This document shows, in pieces, positions 1 to 10,866 of a stretch of 64,000 bases of DNA. The position numbers and the translations under genes were made by a program. Numbering within the stretch: position 1 is the first letter of the stretch; each line of letters starts with the position of its first letter. The notes under the pieces were generated by a model. That model was given only the letters and a program-made list of their open reading frames with translations. It was not told the origin of the DNA and did no database searches. The DNA is from an uncultured bacterium (lineage in GTDB: Bacteria > Chloroflexota > UBA5177 > JANWHV01): the NCBI GenBank assembly GCA_963827235.1, contig CAWHAE010000014.1, forward strand, positions 1 through 64,000. The letters run 5' to 3'.

Positions 1-536
1 GATCGCTCGGCGTTGCCATGGGCGAAAAGGTGGCGCGAGCCGTCGAGGTAGCGGTCGCCGGCCGTCTGCCGTTGCTGATCGTGTCCGCGACCAGCGGCGC
101 GCGCCAGCACGAGGGCGTGTTCGGCTTGCTTCAGATGGCGAAGACGACCGCGGCGTTGGCCCGGCTCGCCCGAGTGGGCATGCCCTACATCTCGCTGCTC
201 ACCGACCCCACCGTCGGCGGTGTTCCGGCGAGCTATGGCATGCTTGGCGACGTGACGATTGCCGAGCCTGGGGCCTACATCGGCTTCGCCGGGCCGCGGG
301 TCATGGAGAAGACCATCCGTCAGAAACTGCCTCCTGGGCTGGCATCCTCTGAATCCATGCTGGCACACGGCATGATCGACATGGTGTGCACGCGCGCGGA
401 GCTACGCAGCACGATAGCACGGCTGCTGCGGCTGCTGAGCGGACCGTCGTACGCCCATTGGCGTCACACCATGGCGGGCATCGATGCCATCTCCGGGGCG
501 ATGACAAGAAGAGAGGGTACGCCGATTGACGATTGA
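1..536 (+). CDS. accD: Acetyl-CoA carboxylase carboxyltransferase beta subunit (5'-partial)
   Basis: Motifs SGARQHEG..LLQMAKT, LTDPTVGGV.AS, AEPGAYIGFAGPRV, HGMIDMV; overlaps accA. Confidence 0.95.
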   Translation, partial: SLGVAMGEKVARAVEVAVAGRLPLLIVSATSGARQHEGVFGLLQMAKTTAALARLARVGMPYISLLTDPTVGGVPASYGMLGDVTIAEPGAYIGFAGPRVMEKTIRQKLPPGLASSESMLAHGMIDMVCTRAELRSTIARLLRLLSGPSYAHWRHTMAGIDAISGAMTRREGTPIDD

Positions 537-1512
537 CCTCGAGTTCGAGGCGCCTCTGGCGGAGATCGACGCGAAGCTCGAAAAGGCAAGGGCGTCGAGC
601 AATGGTGCCGACTCGACCGAGTCGGTCGCCGAGCTTCAGCACCAGCTCGAGCAAGGCTTGTCGGAGCTCTACGCCAATCTGAGCGCCTGGCAGAAGGTGC
701 AGGTGGGGCGCCATCCCCAGCGCCCGCTCTCTCTCGACTATTTGCGGCTCACGTTCTCGGATTTCACGGAGCTGCACGGGGACCGGCGCTTCGGCGACGA
801 CCCAGCGATCGTCGGTGGGCCCGCCTTCCTTGACGGTACGTCCGTGATGGTGGTCGGCCAGCAGCGAGGCCACGACACGCGCGAGAACAGCAAGCGTAAC
901 TTCGGCATGGCCGGTCCCGAGGGCTTCCGCAAGGCTCAGCGGCTCTTCAAGCTTGCTGAGCGACTGGGAATGCCGGTGGTCACCTTGATCGACACGCCCG
1001 GTGCCAATGTCGGCATCGCCGACGAGGAGCGTGGCCAGGTCGAAGCCATAGCGAGCTGTATCGCGGAGATGTATGCGCTCCGAGTGCCGACAGTGGCGGT
1101 CGTGATTGGCCAGGGCAACAGCGGCGGAGCCCTCGCGCTCGGCGTGGCGGACAGGGTGCTGATGCTGGAGCACAGCACGTACTCTGTCGCTTCTCCCGAG
1201 GCGGCCGCTTCGATTATGTGGCGGAGCGCCCAGCGCGCTGCGGATGCTGCCGAGGCGATGCATATCACGGCCCAGGATATGTTGAGATTCGGTATTGCGG
1301 ATGCCGTCGTACCCGAGCCGATTGGCGGCGCCCATCGCGATCCGACAGTAATTGCCACGCGGCTTCGCGATGCGCTCGTGGTCGTGCTGCACGATCTGCT
1401 TGGCATAGGCATCGCGGACCTGCTCGAGGCCAGGTTCCGTCGCTACCGGAATATCGGCTCTGAGTTCGTAGCAGACACTCCCCCCGACGACGAGGATCTG
1501 CCGGATCGGTAA
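526..1512 (+). CDS. accA: Acetyl-CoA carboxylase carboxyltransferase alpha subunit
   Basis: LEFEAPL, RHPQRP, ELHGDRRFGDD, NFGM..PEGFRKA, LIDTPGA, GGAHRD; TTG start. Confidence 0.96.
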   Translation: MTIDLEFEAPLAEIDAKLEKARASSNGADSTESVAELQHQLEQGLSELYANLSAWQKVQVGRHPQRPLSLDYLRLTFSDFTELHGDRRFGDDPAIVGGPAFLDGTSVMVVGQQRGHDTRENSKRNFGMAGPEGFRKAQRLFKLAERLGMPVVTLIDTPGANVGIADEERGQVEAIASCIAEMYALRVPTVAVVIGQGNSGGALALGVADRVLMLEHSTYSVASPEAAASIMWRSAQRAADAAEAMHITAQDMLRFGIADAVVPEPIGGAHRDPTVIATRLRDALVVVLHDLLGIGIADLLEARFRRYRNIGSEFVADTPPDDEDLPDR

Positions 1513-1714
1513 TACCGCCCCAAGCGGCCGCGCCGCCGTGGCAGCAGTGGACGGCACCCAGCTGCCCCGGCTGGGCAATGCGAGCCTCTCCCGTACGTGG
1601 ATCGACCGGGTGCTCCGGCGCCCTCTCCGCCGCGAGACCGCGGCTGCGGCTCGTGTGCCGGCCTGCAGCGCAGAAGCGCTTCCAGCGGGCCAACTCGGCG
1701 CACCGTCGAGCGGC

Positions 1715-2643
1715 TCAGCCGCCGCCCGCTCCCGGCTGACTGTCCGGGTCCGCTACACGCGGCCCAACAGGCCCGCCGCGCAGTCGATCCAGGAACGCGC
1801 CGAGATCCTTGGGCAGCTCCGAGGCGAACTCCATTGACTCGCCTGTAGCAGGGTGGACAAACCGCAGCAGCGAGGCGTGCAGGAACTGCCGAGCCGGTGC
1901 ACCTCCCCTGGCCGGACGTCCGTAGACAGGGTCACCAACCACCGGGTGTCCGAGTGCACTGAAATGTACGCGGATTTGGTGCGTGCGACCCGTGTCCAGC
2001 CGCACCCGCACCAGTGAATAGTGGGCGAACGTTTCGAGCGTCCAGTATGCCGTCGATGCCTCTCGCCCGCCGCGCCCACCACGGCCATGCGCTGCCGATG
2101 GCGCGGATCGCGACCGATATCAGCCCTGATGGTGCCGGATGGCGGCACGAGTGCCCCCATGACCACCGCAGAGTATTCTTTGTATACCTCGCGATTCTTG
2201 AACGCCCGCGAAAGCGCTGCGACCGCGGCCGGAGTACGCGCCACCACAATCAGTCCGGACGTGTCTTTGTCCAGCCTGTGCACGATGCCCGGACGCTGCG
2301 GGTCGCCCGGCAGGCTGGCGTAGCGGCCGAGCAGCGCGTTGACCAGCGTGCCCGACATATTGCCGGGTGCCGGATGGACGACCATGCCGGCCGGCTTGTC
2401 GACTACCACGATGGTCTCGTCCTCGTACACGACAGCCACGTCGATCTGTTCGGCCAATGCCGTTGAGAGTTCCGCCGCCGGCGGCTCGACGTCGATGCGC
2501 GCGCCGGCTACCGGCCGGCTGGCCGCCTTGCAGGATCGGCCGTTAATCAGCACCCGGCCGCGCGCGATCAGGTCGGATGCCGTCGCGCGCGAAAGCTCGG
2601 TCATGAGCCGCGGCACGATGCGATCGAATCCGCTCTCCAGCAA
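1715..2643 (-). CDS. rluD: RluA/RluD-family pseudouridine synthase, apparent frameshift near 2065
   Basis: S4-like N-terminus, VDKPAGMVVHP and RPGIVHRLDKDTSG in one frame; TGRTHQIRVH..GHPVVGDPVYG and QFLHA in another. Confidence 0.9.
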
Positions 2644-2664
2644 GGTCGGGTGCTACGACGAACG

Positions 2665-3159
2665 TCAACCGACCGGCCACGCTCGATCCGGCGGCGAAGA
2701 TTCCTTGCCGAGCCACACCCAGGCCAGCAGGCAGGCGCTGCTGACGATTGCCAGGTCGGCGATGTTGAACACGGGCAGGGGTCGGATGTAGATGTAGTCC
2801 ACGACGTACCCGTTGCGCATGCGATCGGCCATATTGCCCGCCGCGCCGCCCATCTGAAGTCCCAAGCTGCAGAGCGTGACCGCGCGGCGGGCGGGATAAA
2901 GCAATGTGCTCATGGTGAGCACAAACAACACGATCGCGGCCACGACGACGAAGATGCCGTCGTTGCCCATCATGGCACCGAATGCGGCTCCTCGGTTCAC
3001 GGTGTAGAGCAGGCTGATCCAACCGCCAAGGACGGACGGGTTTGGCGGCGGCATACCGGCCAGACCCGAGGTCGCCCACTGCTTCGTAAGCTGATCGGCG
3101 ATGAATACGAGCACGGCAATGACCAGGGGCGTGGCGATTCTTGCCTCGGGACTCTTCAT
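2665..3159 (-). CDS. lspA: Lipoprotein signal peptidase II
   Basis: ADQLTK, NRGAAFG, GGAAGNMADR, VVDYI, VFNIAD; lspA-rluD synteny. Confidence 0.95.
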   Translation of the reverse strand: MKSPEARIATPLVIAVLVFIADQLTKQWATSGLAGMPPPNPSVLGGWISLLYTVNRGAAFGAMMGNDGIFVVVAAIVLFVLTMSTLLYPARRAVTLCSLGLQMGGAAGNMADRMRNGYVVDYIYIRPLPVFNIADLAIVSSACLLAWVWLGKESSPPDRAWPVG

Positions 3160-3258
3160 GAAGCCATGGTCTATCGTATGTGCCCCAAGCACTGCGGCGG
3201 CGCCGACGCGCCCGCGTTACCTGCCGCCCACCCCTCGAGCGGCCGGCGCTCCGCCCGC

Positions 3259-4368
3259 TTACGTGCCCTTCGCCAGTGTAGCAATTTGCAGAATATCCCC
3301 AAACACACCGCCGGCCGTGACCTCGCGCCCGGCGCCGGGCCCCATCACCACGAGAGGCCGCTCGGAATAGCGCACCGTGCGGAAACTGACCATATTGTCG
3401 GTGCCGCGCAGCCGCCCGAGCGGCGTGGCCTGCGGTACTGGCAACAAGCCCACGCGCGCCTTGCCGGGCTTGATCTCGGCCAGGTAACGCAGCACGAGCC
3501 CCTGCTCGTCCGCGGCCTGCTGGCGTTCACGCATGATGCCATCTATCGAGGATAGCCCATCCAGAAATTCCCCGATCTCGGCTCCCATGAGGTGGTCGGG
3601 AACCAGGCTCTCGCGGGCGATCTCACCCAGCTCTGCGCGCACCCCGATCATGCGGGTCAGAATCAGCGTCTTGCGGGCCACGTCAATGCCGCAGAGGTCG
3701 TCGCGCGGATCCGGCTCGGTGATCCCGAGTTCCTTGGCAGAACGCACCGACTCTGAAAACGGCAGCCCGTCCTCGAGCGCGGTGCAGAGGTAGTTCAGGG
3801 TACCGCTGAGGCAGGCGTCGATGGACAGGATCTCGTCGCCGGTGTCCACCATGTTCTGCAACGTGGCGATCACCGGCAGGCCTGCTCCTACCGTGGCCTC
3901 GAAACGTATCGAACGCCCCTGCTTTCTGGTCGACGTGAGACCGTACCAGATGCCCATGGCCGCCGAGAGCGGGCGCTTGTTGGCCATCACCACGTCGAGT
4001 CCGCACTTAGTCGCCTCCAGGAGCACCTCGGCCGTGTGATCCGAGGCGGTGAGGTCCACGACGATGCCGCCCGCATAGCCGCGCTCCTTGAAGCTGCCGA
4101 TTACGCCCATCTGGTCGTCCTCGGGCGCCCTGCGGTAGCGGGCCGTGCCGGACATGCCCTGCTCGCAGATGGCGCCGAGTGTCTCCGCGTCCAGGCATGG
4201 GTCGCCGACCAACATGGCCAGAGCATCGGCTACCGCGACGACGGGCAGCTCGAGCGCGTGGTGAAGCCGTAGATGGTTCCGCTGCTGCAGCAGTTGTCGC
4301 AGCAAGCTGCGCCCAATACCTCCTGCGCCTAGGATGAAAAGAGGGACGCGCCGTAACCCGTCCGCCAA
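3259..4368 (-). CDS. hom: Homoserine dehydrogenase (no ACT domain)
   Basis: GAGGIG, VVMANKRP, FEATVGAGLPVI, SGTLNY, TEPDPRDDL.G.DVARK, GPGAGREVTAGGV. Confidence 0.93.
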   Translation of the reverse strand: MADGLRRVPLFILGAGGIGRSLLRQLLQQRNHLRLHHALELPVVAVADALAMLVGDPCLDAETLGAICEQGMSGTARYRRAPEDDQMGVIGSFKERGYAGGIVVDLTASDHTAEVLLEATKCGLDVVMANKRPLSAAMGIWYGLTSTRKQGRSIRFEATVGAGLPVIATLQNMVDTGDEILSIDACLSGTLNYLCTALEDGLPFSESVRSAKELGITEPDPRDDLCGIDVARKTLILTRMIGVRAELGEIARESLVPDHLMGAEIGEFLDGLSSIDGIMRERQQAADEQGLVLRYLAEIKPGKARVGLLPVPQATPLGRLRGTDNMVSFRTVRYSERPLVVMGPGAGREVTAGGVFGDILQIATLAKGT

Positions 4369-4506
4369 GGTGCACCTCCCATATGCATCGAGCCTCGCTC
4401 AAGATCCGGCTCTGTCTTGCCTGCAGCGATGCGTTGGAGCTCGCGATGATTCCCGATCATCGCCGGGTTCCGGGCGCGCTCGGGCCGCCTCGTTGGACCC
4501 CCGGCT

Positions 4507-4556
4507 TTGACATGCAATGTACGGCGTTGTAAACTGCGGGCACTGGGTAGTATAAC
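4507..4556 (+). promoter_or_regulatory. Sigma70-type promoter(s) for the trp leader
   Basis: TTGACA(4507)-17bp-TAAACT(4530); alternative TTGTAA(4527)-18bp-TATAAC(4551). Confidence 0.6.
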
Positions 4557-4564
4557 GGCTAGTC

Positions 4565-4840
4565 GTGGGATGAGTACCGTTCGCGGGGGCCTGCAGAGAA
4601 TCGGCGCTGCTGTGAAGCCGGTGGCCCCGCAGATGGGAATGGACCTGCGAGCCGGTCGCTCAATGCTTCGGCAATAAGGCGGCCCGCTGCACCGGCGTTA
4701 TAGGGTGCTCGGACCACGAATTCGGCGCACGTTGCGTGCGACCGTCTCGGTCCGAGTCAAGGAGAACGCTAGTTCTCGAAGTCTGGGTGGCACCACGGGT
4801 AGGCCCCTCGTCCCGGCGGACGTTGGGCCTGTTGTATTTC
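4565..4840 (+). ncRNA. Trp-specific T-box riboswitch with terminator
   Basis: AGTA/GAA loop-E, AGAGA and GCTGTGAA apical motifs, specifier TGG at 4640-4642, T-box GGGTGGCACCACGG at 4785-4798, then an AGGCCC...GGGCCT hairpin with a T-rich tail; directly upstream of trpE. Confidence 0.93.
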
Positions 4841-4854
4841 TGGAGGTGCTGCCC

Positions 4855-6355
4855 ATGCGATGTACACCGTCGGTGGATGAAGTCCGAGACCGCCTTGCCG
4901 CCGAGGGGCGCGTGCCCGTCATGCGCGAGCTGCTGGCCGACTTCGATACCCCCGTTTCCGCCTACCTGAAGGTGGCGGGCACCGGTCGAGGCTTCCTGCT
5001 GGAGAGCGTGGAGAACGGCGAGCGCTCGTCCCGCTACAGCTTCCTCGGCGGGGAGCCGCGCACCACACTGACCTTCCAGGACGGCATCGCTCGCCTGGAC
5101 CGAGACGGACGCGTGAGCGCGCGAGTGGGCGTGCCCGGACCCGCTGGCCGCTCTGCGCCAGATGCTGGGCGCGCCGAGCCCTCGGGACGGCAGCTTGCCC
5201 CCGTTCTGCGGCGGGGCCGTGGGCTATCTGGGCTATGAGGTGGCAGCCTGCTTCGAGCGCCTGCCCGTGGGCGATAGAGTGCCGCCCGTGGTTCCCGACG
5301 CCCTTTTCATGCTGGCCGATCCGATCGTCGTGTTCGATCACGTGCTGCGCACCGTGCAGGTGATCACGACTGTCTCCCTCGACGAGGCGATCTCCGTCGA
5401 CGAGGCGTACGCGGCCGCGGAGAAGCGGATCGAGGACGTCTGCCTGCGGTTGGCTCGGCCCGTCGTGCCGCCTCCGCTCCTGCCGGCGCCCGCGGGCGAT
5501 CAGCCGGCGCCCGTGAGCAACGTGGGACAGGATCGACACGAGCAAGCGGTCCGGCGAGCGGTCGAGTACATCCATGCCGGGGACGCCATCCAGGTGGTCC
5601 TCTCCCAGCGGCTGGCTCGCCCCATGAGCGCCGGCGCGTTCACTCTCTACCGGGCCCTGCGTACCGTCAGCCCCTCGCCCTACATGGTGTATCTCAACTT
5701 CGGCAGCTTCTCCCTGGTCAGCGCCTCGGTGGAGACGTTGCTCCGGGTCGACGGCGGCAGTCTGTACTATCACCCGATCGCGGGCACGCGCCGCCGAGGC
5801 GCCACTCCCGATGAGGATGCGGCGTTGGAAGACGAGCTGCGACAAGACGTGAAGGAGAAGGCCGAGCATGTGATGCTGGTCGACCTGGGACGAAACGATC
5901 TCGGGCGCGTGGCCGAGACCGGCTCTGTCAACGTCACGGAGCTGATGGCAATCGAGCGCTTCTCGCACGTCATGCACATGGTGTCAACCATCGAAGCTCG
6001 CCTGGCCCCCGGTCTGGACGGTTTCGATGCCCTGCGCTCCGCCTTTCCGGCCGGCACGGTCTCGGGTGCGCCGAAGATCCGTGCCATGGAGATCATCGCG
6101 GAGCTCGAGCCCCACAGGCGCGGGCCCTACGCCGGCGCCGCCGGCTGGTTCGACTACTGCGGCGACCTGGACACGGCAATCACGATCAGGACGGCGCTGG
6201 TGCACGACGGCACGGTCTACATTCAGGCCGGCGGCGGCATCGTGGCCGATTCGAACCCCGCCGAGGAATGGAACGAGACCATGCACAAGGCCGGCGGCAT
6301 GCTGAGAGCCGTGGAGGCGGCCGAGCGCCTCGCCGATCGGCAGGCGTATGTATAG
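4855..6355 (+). CDS. trpE: Anthranilate synthase component I, apparent frameshift near 5115-5125
   Basis: GGAGGT RBS before ATG 4855; [24 protein letters not shown]; then [47 protein letters not shown]. Confidence 0.95.
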
Positions 6356-6413
6356 CCCTCTGCCCGCCACACGCTCCGTGCCGGACGAAGGCCAGAGTCG
6401 GAAGGTACCGTCA

Positions 6414-7052
6414 ATGCATCTCTTGATGATCGACAACTTCGACAGCTTTACGTACAACCTCGTGCAGTACCTGCGAGAGCTCGGCGCGACGGTGGACGTC
6501 GTGCGCAACGACGTCGATCGACCGCTACCTGAGTTGCTGGACGGGAAGGATGGCCTGGTTATCTCGCCGGGCCCGTGCGACCCCGCTCAGGCGGGCAACT
6601 CGATTGCCGCGTACCGCTACCTGGCGTCGAGCGATGTTCCCGCTATTCCAGTGCTGGGAGTCTGCCTGGGCCACCAGGCACTCGCCGCGGCCTTCGGCGG
6701 CAGCGTGGTGCGGGCCGCCGCGCCGATGCACGGCAAGACCTCGCTGGTCTGGCACGACGGATCGCCGCCGTTTGAAGGCACGCCGTCTCCTACCGAGGTC
6801 ATGCGCTACCACTCTTTGATCGTCTCGCCGGACAATCTGCCTGCTTGTCTCCGGGTCACCGCTCGAACCAGCGATGGCACGGTGATGGGCATCGCGCACC
6901 GCGCGTATCGCATGTTCGGCGTGCAGTTCCATCCCGAGTCCATCCTTACCGGAGACGGCAAAGCGATGCTTCGCTCGTTCCTCTCGGTCGTCGAACAAGC
7001 CGCCCAGGCACGACGGACGCCTGCCGGCAGACAGGTACAGGTGGCGCAGTGA
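6414..7052 (+). CDS. trpG: Anthranilate synthase component II (glutamine amidotransferase)
   Basis: IDNFDSFTYNL, SPGP, LGVCLGHQ, MHGKTS, RYHSL, QFHPES. Confidence 0.95.
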   Translation: MHLLMIDNFDSFTYNLVQYLRELGATVDVVRNDVDRPLPELLDGKDGLVISPGPCDPAQAGNSIAAYRYLASSDVPAIPVLGVCLGHQALAAAFGGSVVRAAAPMHGKTSLVWHDGSPPFEGTPSPTEVMRYHSLIVSPDNLPACLRVTARTSDGTVMGIAHRAYRMFGVQFHPESILTGDGKAMLRSFLSVVEQAAQARRTPAGRQVQVAQ

Positions 7053-8078
7053 TACGGGATCTCATTGCGCGCGTGGTTTCCGGGCACGACCTCAGCGAAG
7101 CGGAGGCGCGGCGGGCCATGCGGGCAATCATGGACGAAGAGGTCACGGCGGCCCAGCTGGCTGCCCTGATCACCGCGATGCGGATGAAAGGCGAATGCCT
7201 CGACGAAGTGGTGGGCTTTGCCTCCGTCATGCGTGACCGCGCGCTGGCGGTGAGGGCCGACGGCATCGGCATGGTAATCGATACCTGCGGCACCGGCGGA
7301 GACGGTCTGGGCTCTTTCAACGTCTCCACCGCCGCTGCCATCGTGGTCGCCGCTGCCGGCTGTGCCGTGGCGAAGCACGGTAACCGCGCGGCGAGCAGCA
7401 AGTGCGGCAGCGCCGACGTCCTGGAGGCGCTCGGCGTGCACCTGGCTATCAGCCCGGAGCAGGCCACAGCTGGGCTCGAGCGGATGGGCATAGCGTTCTT
7501 GCTGGCACCACTCTATCACCCGGCAACGCGCTTCGCCGTCGGTCCGCGGCGCGAGATCGGCATTCGCACGGTGTTCAACATCCTCGGTCCGCTCACAAAC
7601 CCGGCCCGTGTGAAATCGCAGGTCCTGGGGGTCGCCGATCCGTCCCTGGTGCCACTCATGGCGGCAGCCCTGCAGCGGTTGGGCTCGCGACGCGCCCTGG
7701 TCGTCTGCGGCATCCGACGGTCTGGACGAGCTGAGCATCAGCGGCCCGACGATCGTAAGCGAGCTTCACAACGGCAGGCTCGAGAGCTATGAGGTGTTGC
7801 CCGAGTCGGTCGGGCTCGCACGGGCCCCGCTCCAGGAAGTGCTGGGCGGAACCGCGCCGGAGAATGCCGTCATCTTGCGCGACGTGCTCGAGCGTCCTCG
7901 CCCCGGCGCTCGGAGGGACATCGTCGCACTGAACGCGGCGGCAGGATTGCTGGTCGGCGAGATGGTCGGCGATCTTGCCGAGGGCGTGCGCGTGGCAATC
8001 GACATTATGAGCTCGGGAAAGGCCCTGGACAAGCTGGAGAAATGGGTGAGGTACACGCAATGGCAGGCGGCTTCCTAG
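7049..8078 (+). CDS. trpD: Anthranilate phosphoribosyltransferase, apparent frameshift near 7713
   Basis: DTCGTGGDG, FNVST, AKHGNR, GSADVLEALG, RTVFNILGPLTNP; DGLDELS and LNAAAGL continue in another frame. Confidence 0.93.
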
Positions 8079-8845
8079 AGCGCATTCTGGCCGAGAAGGC
8101 GGTCGAGGTGGCTCGGCGCCGGCTCGATGTACCGGAAGCGTCCCTGCGCGCCCGCTGCGAGCACGCGCCGCCGGCACTCGCCGTGTTGCAGGCGTTGCGC
8201 GGCGACAGTCTGGCCGTGATCGCCGAGGTCAAACGCGGGTCACCGAGCAAGGGCGTCTTCGACGCCGGACTGGACGCGCCGTCATTTGCCGTGGCGTGCG
8301 CGGACGCGGGCGCCGCTATGATCTCCGTGCTTACCGACGGGCCGAGCTTTGGCGGCTCGCTCGAGGACCTGTGTGCTGCTCGCGCCCGGCTGGCAGTGCC
8401 GCTGCTGCGCAAAGACTTTGTCGTCGATCAATACCAGCTCCTGGAAGCGCGGGCGAACGGCGCGGACGCCGTGTTGCTGATCGTGGCGGCACTCGAGTAT
8501 CCCCTGCTGAAGACGTTGTTCGATGCGGCGCTCTCGCTCGGCCTCACGCCGCTGGTCGAGATCAACAATGCTGAGGAGGCTCTACTGGCACGCCGGCTGG
8601 AGGCGCCCCTGGTCGGCATTAACAACCGCGATCTGCGCACCTTCGACGTCGATCTCTCGACCACCCCGCGCCTCCGGCCGCTGCTCGACCGGGCCACGGT
8701 GGTGGCTGCACTCAGCGGCATCGCCTCGGCCGCCGAGGCTCGCCTGATGCGCGAGGCCGGCGCCGACGCTGTTCTGGTCGGGGAAGCGCTGGTGCGGGCG
8801 GGCGACCCGGGTGATCTGATCGACGCCATGCGGAGGATCGGGTGA
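8060..8845 (+). CDS. trpC: Indole-3-glycerol-phosphate synthase
   Basis: IAEVKRGSPSKG, ISVLTD, PLLRKDF, GADAVLLI, GINNRDL. Confidence 0.95.
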   Translation: MAGGFLERILAEKAVEVARRRLDVPEASLRARCEHAPPALAVLQALRGDSLAVIAEVKRGSPSKGVFDAGLDAPSFAVACADAGAAMISVLTDGPSFGGSLEDLCAARARLAVPLLRKDFVVDQYQLLEARANGADAVLLIVAALEYPLLKTLFDAALSLGLTPLVEINNAEEALLARRLEAPLVGINNRDLRTFDVDLSTTPRLRPLLDRATVVAALSGIASAAEARLMREAGADAVLVGEALVRAGDPGDLIDAMRRIG

Positions 8846-9540
8846 TCGCCGCCCTGCGGCCGCGCCGTGACGCGACGCCTCTGGTCAAGATCTGCGGCCT
8901 GCGCTCCCCGGAGGATGTCGAGTCCGCCATCGATCTGGGCGCCGACCTGATCGGCATGGTGTTCGCCGAGAGCAGGCGGAAGGTCGATCTGGAGACGGCG
9001 CGGAGACTCGTGGGGGCGGCGCGCGGGCGCTTGCCGGCGACAGGCGTCTTCGTCGACGACTTACCCGAGCACGTGCGGCAAGTGGTCGGAGCGACGGGCA
9101 TAGACCTCGTGCAGCTCAGCGGATCGGAGCAACCCGGAGAATGGTCGGCAAGCGGCCTGCCGCTGATCAAGGTGGTGCATACCGGCCGCCGGTCGATGGA
9201 GGAGCAGCAGGAAATGGTGCGTGCCTGGCAGGAGATAGCCATGGCGCTGATCGTCGATTCCTGGTCGCCTCAGGGCGGCGGCAGCGGGATGGTAGCGGAC
9301 TGGAGCGCGGCTCGAGCGCTCATCGCCGGCGCCACGTGCCCGGTGTTCCTCGCCGGGGGCCTGGCTCCGGGCAATGTGGGGGCGGCAATCGCGGCGACGC
9401 ACCCGTTCGGCGTCGACGTGAGCAGCGGAGTGGAGCGAGGCGGGCACAAGGACTGCCGCCTGATCGGCGAGTTCATCCTGGCGGCGCGCGCTGAGCCCGG
9501 ACGCGCATCCGTCGTGAGTGCGAACGACGTGGTGAGCTGA
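8842..9540 (+). CDS. trpF: Phosphoribosylanthranilate isomerase
   Basis: VKICGL, GADLIG, GVFVD, GGSG..DW, LAGGL.P.NV, GVDVSSGVE. Confidence 0.94.
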   Translation: MIAALRPRRDATPLVKICGLRSPEDVESAIDLGADLIGMVFAESRRKVDLETARRLVGAARGRLPATGVFVDDLPEHVRQVVGATGIDLVQLSGSEQPGEWSASGLPLIKVVHTGRRSMEEQQEMVRAWQEIAMALIVDSWSPQGGGSGMVADWSAARALIAGATCPVFLAGGLAPGNVGAAIAATHPFGVDVSSGVERGGHKDCRLIGEFILAARAEPGRASVVSANDVVS

Positions 9541-9543
9541 ACG

Positions 9544-9569
9544 GCCGGGCGGCGTCGCCGCCGCCCGGC
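9544..9569 (+). other. Intercistronic GC hairpin between trpF and trpB
   Basis: GCCGGGCGGCG-TCGC-CGCCGCCCGGC, perfect 11-bp stem, no T-tract. Confidence 0.6.
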
Positions 9570-9591
9570 GCGATAGTGCCGGTATTACCGG

Positions 9592-10866
9592 ATGCAGGTG
9601 AGGAAAGATATGCCAGTTGAGCAGGGCGTGACTCGAACCGAGCATGGAGCGGACGATCCGCTGGTAAGCGGGCACTTTGGACCCTACGGCGGGCAATATG
9701 TGCCCGAGACCTTGATGCCCGCTCTGGCCGAGCTCGTGCGCGCTTTCACCGAAGCGAAGGACGACCCGGCCTTCACCCAGCGGCTGGCTGAGTTGGGCCG
9801 CACGTACGTGGGCAGGCCCACGCCGCTCTATTATGCCCGCCACCTGACCGAGCGCATCGGCGGTGCGCGCATCTACCTCAAACGCGAGGACCTCGCCCAT
9901 ACCGGGGCGCACAAGGTCAACAATGCGCTCGGCCAGGGCCTGCTTGCCCAGCGTATGGGCAAGCAGCGAATCATCGCGGAAACGGGCGCCGGCCAGCACG
10001 GAGTAGCCGCGGCCACCGTCTGCGCCATGCTCGGCCTCGACTGCATCGTCTACATGGGTGAAGAGGACATCCGCCGCCAGGCTCTCAACGTCCTGCGCAT
10101 GAAGCTGCTGGGTGCGGAAGTCCGGCCGGTCACCTCGGGCACCGCCACGCTCAAGGATGCCGTCAACGAAGCCATACGCGACTGGGTGACTAATGTGCGC
10201 GACACCTACTACATGATCGGATCGGTGATCGGTCCGCACCCGTACCCGATCATGGTGCGGCATTTCCAGTGCGTGATCGGGCGCGAGGCGCGTGCCCAGA
10301 TGCTGGAAACGATCGGCAGCCTGCCCAACGTCGTGGTGGCCTGCGTCGGCGGTGGCAGCAACGCCATGGGCATCTTCCATCCGTTCCTCGGCGACCGCCT
10401 CGTGCAGCTGATCGGCGTGGAGGCGGCCGGCGAAGGGCTGGACAGCGGCAAGCACTGCGCCACTCTCGTCTCGGGCGCGCCCGGCATGCTGCACGGCACG
10501 CGGAGCTACCTGCTGCAGGATGAGGACGGCCAGGTCAGCACGACGCACAGCATCTCGGCCGGGCTCGATTATCCCGGCGTGGGGCCGGAGCATAGCTACC
10601 TGAAGGACACCGGACGGGCGACGTACGTGGCGGTGGACGACAAGGCGGCTCTGGCGGCACTGAAGCTGCTGAGCGAGACCGAAGGGATCATCCCCGCTCT
10701 GGAGAGCGCGCACGCCGTGGCCTACTCAGCACACCTGGCGCGCGGCCTGAGCGGCGCGGACACGCTGCTCGTGTGCGTGTCCGGGCGCGGCGACAAGGAC
10801 CTGGATACGGTAGCGCGGTACCTCGACATCACGCTCGGCATCGAAGCCGGGCAAGGAGCACGATGA
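9592..10866 (+). CDS. trpB: Tryptophan synthase beta chain
   Basis: [63 protein letters not shown]; start may be 9610. Confidence 0.97.
   Translation: MQVRKDMPVEQGVTRTEHGADDPLVSGHFGPYGGQYVPETLMPALAELVRAFTEAKDDPAFTQRLAELGRTYVGRPTPLYYARHLTERIGGARIYLKREDLAHTGAHKVNNALGQGLLAQRMGKQRIIAETGAGQHGVAAATVCAMLGLDCIVYMGEEDIRRQALNVLRMKLLGAEVRPVTSGTATLKDAVNEAIRDWVTNVRDTYYMIGSVIGPHPYPIMVRHFQCVIGREARAQMLETIGSLPNVVVACVGGGSNAMGIFHPFLGDRLVQLIGVEAAGEGLDSGKHCATLVSGAPGMLHGTRSYLLQDEDGQVSTTHSISAGLDYPGVGPEHSYLKDTGRATYVAVDDKAALAALKLLSETEGIIPALESAHAVAYSAHLARGLSGADTLLVCVSGRGDKDLDTVARYLDITLGIEAGQGAR

Noticed and set aside
5110-5130. Programmed frameshifting in trpE (and in trpD, infB)
   Set aside because: No slippery heptamer or stimulatory structure, and similar breaks occur in unrelated genes.
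9061-10713. Long antisense ORFs (e.g. 550 aa opposite trpB, 425 aa opposite accA)
   Set aside because: Shadow ORFs caused by high GC and codon bias; no motifs.
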